A stretch of 64,000 bases of DNA from Nitrospirota bacterium (lineage in GTDB: Bacteria > Nitrospirota > Thermodesulfovibrionia > Thermodesulfovibrionales > SM23-35), in assembly GCA_013388435.1 (NCBI GenBank), contig JACAFE010000032.1, positions 6,851 through 70,850 of the forward strand, read 5' to 3'. The number at the start of each line of letters is the position of its first letter. Within the stretch, counting starts at the first letter, position 1. Shown here in pieces: positions 57,271 through 64,000 of this stretch. Made by a program: the position numbers and the translations under genes. The notes beneath the pieces were generated by a model. The model was not told the origin of the DNA, did not search any database, and worked only from the letters and a program-made list of their open reading frames with translations.

Positions 57271-57698
57271 ATGGCAGAAAAGATTTTAATAGTAGACGAC
57301 GAACCTGACATGCTAAAACTTTTAAGTATGACTTTGCAAAAGAAAACTCCCTATCAGGTTACAATTACAAATAATCCTGTCGAGGCTTTAACTCTTGCAA
57401 AAAGCGGGGAGTTCGAACTTGTGATCACCGACCTCAAAATGCCAGGACTCGACGGGATGGAACTTCTTGATGCTGTAAAAAAATCAATCCAGATACGCCT
57501 ATTATAATGATTACCGCCTATGGAACCATCGAGTCTGCTTCTGAAGCAATGGCTAAAGGTGGATTCGATTTTATAACAAAACCATTCAGAATCGAACAAA
57601 TACTTTTTACAATAGAAAAAGCGATCAAATGGCTAAATCTTCAGAAAGAGAATAGACTTCTTAAGGAACAACTCAGCAAGAAGGAAAATAATCTTTAA
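57271..57698 (+). pseudogene. Single-domain response regulator (receiver) split by a 1-nt frameshift in an A7 tract
   Basis: ORF 57271..57507 (..ILIVDDEP..VITDLKMPGLDGMELLDAVKKSIQIRLL*) and ORF 57507..57698 (MITAYGTIESA..KPF..) are the two halves of one receiver. With A8 instead of A7 at 57477-57483 the reading becomes DAVKKINPDTPIIMITAYG. Confidence 0.8.
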
Positions 57699-59316
57699 TA
57701 AATTTTTCAAAATGTCTTGCGGTAGAACCTTCATCATGCATGACTACATCAAGTTGCTTTGTATAAGCTGTCAATTTACCAATTATATCGAGTTTATTCA
57801 ATAATGATTCTTTATTATCTTTTGTCAAAATGGCATTAATGATGTCTTCTGTAATACGAACATTAAAATCGAGTTTTTTTAAGACCCTTGCGATTAAATC
57901 CACTCTTCTTATCCTTCTCTGAAAATCTGCGCCTCCACCTTTAAAATAAAATCTTATATAATTGTCAATTATATTATTACCTGTAAGTGCTTCAATCACG
58001 GAAAGATGATACCCGAGATTAATCGAAAAATTCATATAATCTTTCGAAATAAAAGCAAAACTCTTTTCGGACATTTGAGCCATTTCAGACTCAGACATAG
58101 AAGCTGTACGGGCAATCATCCCCATTATCCCGCTGAAATCTGGAAGTCGAGGTTCTGGCCATTCTATCGAAGCAAGTCCATTAATAAAAGCGGATAGAGG
58201 CATAGATAATATATCCTGCTTTGATATTTTCTTAAGTGAACCCTGGCCTGAAATACCATCCCCTAAATCTATAATGTATATTGCAAGTGGTACAATTCCT
58301 GTTAATTTTACGGTTTTTATGCCTGCTGGAAATTCATTGGTAATTCCAAAAATTTCTTCCATGACTTTTTGATGGGTATATCTTGCTATATCATGGAGGG
58401 TTTTACAATTCTCAGCGCAAAAATCTTTGTCTTCAGAGCTGGTCAAATTAAGAGGCATTATATTTTTCCATAGAAGCTCAAGCTCTTTATCGAAATCTGT
58501 TGTTAGTTTTTCATGTTCCTGTTCAACTATAATTTTCTCAAGTTCCTGGATTTTCCCATCATAAATAATTCCATTTATTGCATCTACTGTTATTTCCATT
58601 CCGTCTTTTATAATTTCAGTCGCATTTTCTGTATTAACAATCATCGGCACGCCAGCCTCTCTCGCAATAGCTGCCAGATGAACAGTTACAGCACCGACAT
58701 CAGTTACAACAGCGCTCGCATTTTTTAAAACAGGTGAATATCTTGATGAAGAATATTTTGTTATTAAAACCGCGCCTGCCGGAAAAATATTTAAGTTATC
58801 TTCGGATTTCAATATAAATGCCTTTCCAATACCGATTCCTTTTGATGCAACCCTACCTTTTTCGATGATTATTTTATGCTGTCTGTAAAAAGGCACTTTA
58901 ATATCAAGTGTTTTTTTCGAGGTTTGTGCAAGTGTGTTTTGTTTCACTGAAGACTTGTTTTCATGCAATACAAAAAAAATCTTTTTGAAACACTCCTCAA
59001 GATTCTCATTTATTTGCGTGAGTTTCAACAATAAATCAGAATACTTGCCACCTGATATTTGATTTAGTTTGATCACCATTTCTTTAACTTCCTCTGACAT
59101 TAAAACTATTTCCTTATGGAAATTATCAATTTCATCCGGTTCAACAAAAGGCAGTTTCTCTTCAATAACCATCATCGATTCAAGGAATTTATTATTGTGT
59201 GAAAGCACTTCTCTGAAAGTATTATATTTATAAATATAAATATCTTTTACGTTTTTGAGATCTACAGAAGATGGTCTCTTTTCGAGAATTTGTGATATGC
59301 GTTTTAAGATTTTCAT
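57673..59316 (-). CDS. PEP-utilizing-enzyme mobile-domain protein with uncharacterised N- and C-terminal regions
   Basis: 547 aa. The central swivel domain reads AVLITKYSSSRYSPVLKNASAVVTDVGAVTVHLAAIAREAGVPMIV. I see no ATP-grasp or TIM-barrel signature. The C-terminal region contains NLGYHLSVIEA..NYIRFYFKGGGADFQRRIRR. Confidence 0.7.
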   Translation of the reverse strand: MKILKRISQILEKRPSSVDLKNVKDIYIYKYNTFREVLSHNNKFLESMMVIEEKLPFVEPDEIDNFHKEIVLMSEEVKEMVIKLNQISGGKYSDLLLKLTQINENLEECFKKIFFVLHENKSSVKQNTLAQTSKKTLDIKVPFYRQHKIIIEKGRVASKGIGIGKAFILKSEDNLNIFPAGAVLITKYSSSRYSPVLKNASAVVTDVGAVTVHLAAIAREAGVPMIVNTENATEIIKDGMEITVDAINGIIYDGKIQELEKIIVEQEHEKLTTDFDKELELLWKNIMPLNLTSSEDKDFCAENCKTLHDIARYTHQKVMEEIFGITNEFPAGIKTVKLTGIVPLAIYIIDLGDGISGQGSLKKISKQDILSMPLSAFINGLASIEWPEPRLPDFSGIMGMIARTASMSESEMAQMSEKSFAFISKDYMNFSINLGYHLSVIEALTGNNIIDNYIRFYFKGGGADFQRRIRRVDLIARVLKKLDFNVRITEDIINAILTKDNKESLLNKLDIIGKLTAYTKQLDVVMHDEGSTARHFEKFIKDYFPSC

Positions 59317-59479
59317 TGCTTAAAATAAATATTTTGATCCCAAAATACATTACGCAGGTTAATATAACACTTGCTTAATAACATTATATCAACTATATCA
59401 GGATTATGCATTCATTTAAAATTAGTACTTTTATAGAATAATTATTTATGATCTGACCAAATATGTTATTTTATAAACA

Positions 59480-59962
59480 ATGAATAAAATAATTTCTGAA
59501 CATATTATTAAAGTTCACAATATTTTTAAGGAGAAAAAAATTACATTATCTATTGCCGAATCGTGCACCGGCGGTTTGATTAGCCATTATATTACTTCTT
59601 TCCCCGGGTCAAGCGAATTTTTTGTTGCCGGATTGGTAGTTTATTCTGCAGAAATGAAAAAAAAGATTCTGCGCATACCTTCCAGAATAATAGAAAATTT
59701 TGGGGTTGTAAGTAGTCAAACTGCGATAGAAATGGCAGATAGAATCAGGAAACTAACCTCAACTGACTTTTCTGTTTCAACTACAGGGAATCTTGGTCCA
59801 GATGTGCTTGAAGGTAAAGAAAGAGGACTTATATATATTGCTGTAAGCAGAAAAAATCATACCTCTGTAAAAGAACATAAATTTAAAGGTAACAGGCAAC
59901 AAAACAAAGAAAAAGCAGCACTTAAAGCATTAGAGTTTTTAATAGAAACCGTATCTTCTTGA
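59480..59962 (+). CDS. pncC: CinA C-terminal domain / nicotinamide-nucleotide amidohydrolase PncC
   Basis: 160 aa with LSIAESCTGGLISHYITSFPGSSEFFVAGLVVYS. Confidence 0.85.
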   Translation: MNKIISEHIIKVHNIFKEKKITLSIAESCTGGLISHYITSFPGSSEFFVAGLVVYSAEMKKKILRIPSRIIENFGVVSSQTAIEMADRIRKLTSTDFSVSTTGNLGPDVLEGKERGLIYIAVSRKNHTSVKEHKFKGNRQQNKEKAALKALEFLIETVSS

Positions 59963-60095
59963 TTTTTCCGATTTTTCTCCAAATTAGTTGCTAATTTTTA
60001 ATTTCGCAACATCTGAATTATTTCAATTGCATCATTTGGGTTAAATACTATTATTATGTTGACTTTATATTTTATTGATTGATAGACTTTAAATT

Positions 60096-60947
60096 ATGAT
60101 AGATACGCTTGAATTCTATGAAGAATTAAAAGAAGCTCTTGAACCAGCTGCTGCAAAGAAAATAGCCGAACTTCTCGGAAAACTTTACAGAGATTTGAAA
60201 AATACTGTAACAAAAGCTGAATTTGAGAGACTTACGGATGTTGTATCAGAACTGGTTCAAAGCCAGAAACAACTGGTAGAAGCTCAGAAAAGATCTGAAC
60301 AGAGACTTGACTCTCTTGCTTTGAAGATGGAAGAGCTTGCGGAAGCGCAAAAGAAGACAGAGCAAAGGTTGGATTCTCTTACATTAAGGGTTGAAGAGCT
60401 TGCAGAAGCGCAAAAGAAGACAGAGCAAAGGTTGGATTCTCTTACATTAAGGGTTGAAGAACTTGCGGAAGCGCAAAAGAAGACAGAAGAGGAGTTAAAG
60501 ATTCTTATACAAGAACATAAAAAAACACGTGAAATGGTTGCTGGATTATCTGACACTGTTGGTTATGGTCTTGAAGATAAGATAATGCCTTATATTATTG
60601 AATTTGCTAGGAAAGAATACAAAATAGAGGTATCTTTAATAGATAGAAAGAATATGCTTTATCCTGATGGCAGATATGATGAAATAAATATATATGTAGA
60701 AGGCAGAAAAAACGGTGAAAAAGTATACATGGTTGGAGAATGCAAAGCAAGACCCAGCAAAAAAGATATTGAGAGGTTTTCAAACCTTCTTAAACGTTTA
60801 AGTAATTATATTGGTGGTTCAATATATCCTTTTGTTGTAGGGTATTATTATTCACCAGATGTTGAAAAATATTTAAAAGAAAAGCATCCTGATATTAAAG
60901 CTTTGAAGAGTTTTGAGTTTGAAATGAAATACTCAAAACAAAATTAA
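60096..60947 (+). CDS. Coiled-coil repeat protein with C-terminal PD-(D/E)XK-like domain
   Basis: 283 aa. The N-terminal 140 aa are heptad-rich with 21-aa repeats (EELAEAQKKTEQRLDSLTLRV). The C-terminal part reads GYGLEDK..YDEINIYVEG..VYMVGECKARPSKKDIERF, which fits a D...E-x-K nuclease-fold pattern. Confidence 0.65.
   Translation: MIDTLEFYEELKEALEPAAAKKIAELLGKLYRDLKNTVTKAEFERLTDVVSELVQSQKQLVEAQKRSEQRLDSLALKMEELAEAQKKTEQRLDSLTLRVEELAEAQKKTEQRLDSLTLRVEELAEAQKKTEEELKILIQEHKKTREMVAGLSDTVGYGLEDKIMPYIIEFARKEYKIEVSLIDRKNMLYPDGRYDEINIYVEGRKNGEKVYMVGECKARPSKKDIERFSNLLKRLSNYIGGSIYPFVVGYYYSPDVEKYLKEKHPDIKALKSFEFEMKYSKQN
60330..60487 (+). repeat. 63-bp in-frame tandem repeat, about 2.5 copies
   Basis: The units at 60330-60392 and 60393-60455 differ at 1 of 63 nt. 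The partial third unit at 60456-60487 has 1 mismatch. An older diverged copy lies at about 60267-60329. Confidence 0.9.
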
Positions 60948-60973
60948 ATCATTTAAATTTTACGGAGGATATT

Positions 60974-61576
60974 GTGCTTAAGAAAATTACAGTAGTCTTT
61001 TTTCTAATTTTATTTGCCTCTTCAACCGTATTTGCTCTTGAATTTTCAGCAGATTCAATAACAACACAGAAAGGTGGGTATCAGATAAAAGGAAAGTTGT
61101 TTTATAAAGCTGACAAATTCAGAATGGAAACTCAAGCTCATCGCGATATGAGTATGATTACGATTACAAGGATTGATAAAAAGGTTGCATGGAATCTTAT
61201 GCCTGATACCAAAACATATATGGAAATGCCTTTGAATATGCAAAATACTCCAAAGGTTCAAGAAAAATATGAAGGCGAGATAGAAAGAAAACAGTTAGGA
61301 AGTGAAACAATAGATGGACATCCTACGAAAAAATATCTCATTACTTATAAAACAAACAATGAAACACACCAGGTTTATCAATGGCTTGCGACTGATATAA
61401 ATATGCCTGTTAAGACTTCGGCTATTGATGGTTCATGGTCGCATGAACTGAGAAACATAAAAATTGGAACACAGCCCGATAGCCTCTTCGAAATACCTGC
61501 AGGTTATCAGAAAATGCAAATGCCACAATTTCCGGGCATGCCCAGTGGAATTAATATGATGAAAAAGGCAAGATAA
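60974..61576 (+). CDS. Periplasmic DUF4412/LolA-like protein
   Basis: 200 aa with a GTG start and a signal sequence VVFFLILFASSTVFA. GKLFYKADKFRMET..ITRIDKKVAWNLMPDTKTYMEMP fits the pattern. Confidence 0.5.
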   Translation: MLKKITVVFFLILFASSTVFALEFSADSITTQKGGYQIKGKLFYKADKFRMETQAHRDMSMITITRIDKKVAWNLMPDTKTYMEMPLNMQNTPKVQEKYEGEIERKQLGSETIDGHPTKKYLITYKTNNETHQVYQWLATDINMPVKTSAIDGSWSHELRNIKIGTQPDSLFEIPAGYQKMQMPQFPGMPSGINMMKKAR

Positions 61577-61662
61577 AACTAAACCCAATTTTTAGTAGTG
61601 ATTAAATAAAAAATTCGCTCCGTACAGTAGTGCTTTCTTCATAAAAAAATTTGGGTTAACTT

Positions 61663-61851
61663 TTATCGCACTCCGTGTTCTTTGTAAGCCGTGCCTTCTT
61701 CTACAAACATTGATTTTGCAGCCCCGCATGCTGGACATACCCAGTCATCCGGCAGGTTTTCAAAAGGAGTGCCTGGTGCTATTCCCGAATCAGGATCCCC
61801 TACCGCAGGATCATAAATATAACCGCAAGCAGTGCATACATATTTTTTCAT
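61663..61851 (-). CDS. Rubredoxin
   Basis: Start set at [15 protein letters not shown]. Motifs CTACGY and [10 protein letters not shown] are present. Confidence 0.9.
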   Translation of the reverse strand: MKKYVCTACGYIYDPAVGDPDSGIAPGTPFENLPDDWVCPACGAAKSMFVEEGTAYKEHGVR

Positions 61852-62026
61852 TTTCGAACCTCCCAAACTTTAATGGATAATTTATAAAGTAAATTATTAT
61901 AATATTTTTAAAAAGAATAATTCAAACAAAAAATAACATCCTGTTAAGACAATTTAAAATATAATTATTAGATTATGAACTATTATAAAATCTATTATAA
62001 ATAGAATGAAGGGAATTTAAAGTTAA

Positions 62027-62812
62027 ATGGATAATTCAGTTATTAATATGAAAAATGTCTCATGGAAAAATGGTTATCGTTATATCCTTAAAAAAATAAA
62101 CTGGACTGTTAAGCAGAAGGAGCACTGGGTAATATTGGGGCTTAATGGCTCGGGGAAAACTTCTTTGTTGAATCTTATAAATGGTTATATATGGCCATCA
62201 AAAGGCACAATCAGTGTTCTCGGGAAAACCTTTGGCGAATATGATATAAGACAATTAAGGAAATCTATCGGCATGGTAAGTTCTTATTTGCAGGAAAAAT
62301 TCTACACAACCGAGACCGCTGAAGAAATTATTTTAAGTGGAAAATTTGCAACTATCGGTTTATATGACCGAATTTCTTCGAAGGATTATAAAGATGTTAA
62401 AAAGATTATGGAATCTTTAGATTGTATTACAGTATTGAGAAAACCATATTGCATACTATCTCAAGGAGAAAAACAGAAGGTTCTGATAGCACGTGCGCTA
62501 ATTAATATGCCTGAAATACTTGTTTTTGATGAGCCATTGAGCGGGCTTGATATTTTCGGACGGGAAAATCTTCTCTCTTATATCGAACAGTTAGGCAGAA
62601 AAGATAATGCGCCGACTATTATTTATGTTACCCACAGAATTGAGGAAATACTTCCTGTTTTTACCCACATTCTATTATTGAAAAATGGCGAAATATATTT
62701 GCAGGGAAAGAAAAAAGATATTCTTACAAATAAAAATTTATCCTACTTCTTTGAAACACCTGTAAAAATAAGCCTGCATAAAAACAGATTCGGATTGAAC
62801 TTTATTTCTTAG
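62027..62812 (+). CDS. Orphan ABC-transporter ATP-binding protein (YlmA/ModF-like)
   Basis: 261 aa. Walker [10 protein letters not shown], signature LSQGEKQK, Walker B ILVFDEP. There is no adjacent permease gene. Confidence 0.8.
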   Translation: MDNSVINMKNVSWKNGYRYILKKINWTVKQKEHWVILGLNGSGKTSLLNLINGYIWPSKGTISVLGKTFGEYDIRQLRKSIGMVSSYLQEKFYTTETAEEIILSGKFATIGLYDRISSKDYKDVKKIMESLDCITVLRKPYCILSQGEKQKVLIARALINMPEILVFDEPLSGLDIFGRENLLSYIEQLGRKDNAPTIIYVTHRIEEILPVFTHILLLKNGEIYLQGKKKDILTNKNLSYFFETPVKISLHKNRFGLNFIS

Positions 62813-63633
62813 CCGAATGCTACATCAAGAACCATCATTATAGCGAAACCAATCATTGCACCGGCTGTTGCTAAATCAGTATTGCCCCCGCGCTGTGATT
62901 CCGGGATTAATTCCTCAACTACAACAAAAATCATTGCACCAGCAGCAAAAGAAAGCGCGTATGGAAGTATTGGTTGAGCAATAATTACAGCTGCAGCGCC
63001 GATGATACCGGCAACAGGCTCAACAACTGCAGATAACTGACCATACCAGAAACTTTTCAGACTTGATAATCCTTCGCGACGCAAAGGTAATGAGACAGCA
63101 AGACCTTCAGGAAAATTTTGAATGCCTATTCCAATAGCCAGTGCAATAGCTCCGGTTAATGAAGCTGTAGGAATATTGGCAGCAACAGCGCCGAAAGCTA
63201 CTCCGACCGCAAGTCCCTCAGGAATGTTGTGCAAAGTTATTGCAAGAATAAGGAGTGTGCTGCGCTTCCATCCTGTTTTTATTCCTTCTGCTTCCTCGAT
63301 TGGCAAACCAAGATGCAAATGAGGAAGTAAAATATCAATGAACCGCAAACACATTCCACCGAGAATAAAACCAACCGCAGCAGGAACCCATGAAGGAATT
63401 GTTTTCCCTTCAGCCATTTCAATGGCGGGTGAAAGTAACGACCAGAAACTTGCTGCAATCATTACACCCGCGGCAAATCCGAGCATGCCGTCAAGAAGTT
63501 TTTTATTTATTTCTTTCGTAAGAAAAACTCCAGCAGAACCCAACGCAGTTAGCGCCCATGTAAAACATGTGGCAACAAAAGCCTGTAAAATAGGATGAAA
63601 GTTCTCAAATGATTCAATCATATTATTATTCAA
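62809..63633 (-). CDS. ZIP-family divalent metal (zinc) transporter
   Basis: 274 aa, multi-TM, with [11 protein letters not shown] and [11 protein letters not shown]. Confidence 0.85.
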   Translation of the reverse strand: MNNNMIESFENFHPILQAFVATCFTWALTALGSAGVFLTKEINKKLLDGMLGFAAGVMIAASFWSLLSPAIEMAEGKTIPSWVPAAVGFILGGMCLRFIDILLPHLHLGLPIEEAEGIKTGWKRSTLLILAITLHNIPEGLAVGVAFGAVAANIPTASLTGAIALAIGIGIQNFPEGLAVSLPLRREGLSSLKSFWYGQLSAVVEPVAGIIGAAAVIIAQPILPYALSFAAGAMIFVVVEELIPESQRGGNTDLATAGAMIGFAIMMVLDVAFG

Positions 63634-64000
63634 GCAGCCCTACAATAATTTCTCCTCTACTTTTTTTTATGTTTTTTGAGTATATTTTTTGCCATGATAC
63701 TCTATTCAGGAAAAATTTCTTTTCTTTCTTTTCCATACGTTTCATGTATTCTGTATCAAAAATAAAGCAGACTTTTCTATTTTGCATCTTAATATTCTCG
63801 ATCTCTGAAAAATAATCGAGCTGTAATACTTTTTTGTCAATATAACTGGTAATACCAAGAAACCTTCTGTATCCGATTTCATATACAGTATCAACATCTG
63901 CAGGCAAAATAAGATTTATTTCACGGGCAACAGTTCTCTGATTTGTTTCATCTATATTTTTATATTGTATTTCTGCATTTGTATAAATAAGAAATAAAAG
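63626..64000 (-). CDS. Hypothetical protein, N-terminus outside window
   Basis: The frame is open from the window edge (..[42 protein letters not shown]..). The 'M' in the track is an internal TTG. The gene overlaps the ZIP gene start by 8 nt. No motif recognised. Confidence 0.45.
   Translation of the reverse strand, partial: LLFLIYTNAEIQYKNIDETNQRTVAREINLILPADVDTVYEIGYRRFLGITSYIDKKVLQLDYFSEIENIKMQNRKVCFIFDTEYMKRMEKKEKKFFLNRVSWQKIYSKNIKKSRGEIIVGLLE

Overview
The window is 64 kb of a low-GC, gene-dense bacterial chromosome. Gene content points to a diderm anaerobe: rubredoxin, an octahaem cytochrome c, a KorA-type oxidoreductase subunit, a minimal SufCB system, LPS/heptose genes, and LolA/OmpA. 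A Nitrospirota or Thermodesulfovibrio-like origin is only a guess from gene content. Most of the window is housekeeping: mnmG, kdsC, pgsA, plsY, queC, sufCB, rho, rsmG, mfd, hisG, tsaD, cca, ligA, clpC, four sensor kinases, a P-type ATPase, and a LemA-TPM operon. I found four tRNA genes, all on the minus strand: Leu-CAA, Pro-TGG, Glu-CTC and Gln-CTG. I saw no rRNA, CRISPR array, transposase or integrase. There are two accessory stretches. (1) 25.3-30.5 kb lies beside tRNA-Leu and tRNA-Pro and holds two restriction-modification modules, and all four of their genes are damaged. One methyltransferase is 5'-truncated, one nuclease-like ORF is frameshifted, an HTH-methyltransferase is split at an A8 tract behind a consensus promoter and a tandem 10-bp repeat, and a Zn-ribbon/nuclease-like gene has two in-frame nonsense codons. 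(2) 43.3-48.8 kb lies beside tRNA-Glu and tRNA-Gln and holds a HEPN-MNT pair, a lone octahaem cytochrome, an orphan KorA, and gene fragments including a truncated GIY-YIG ORF. Other items worth a second look: a chimeric antitoxin/RelE-remnant ORF; a coiled-coil protein with a PD-(D/E)XK-like domain and a near-perfect 63-bp tandem repeat; a 168-bp element with 30-bp inverted repeats between cca and ligA; and three single-base homopolymer frameshifts, which could be sequencing artefacts or phase switches. All functional calls come from reading motifs in the supplied translations and my own translation of gaps. No alignments or database searches were run.
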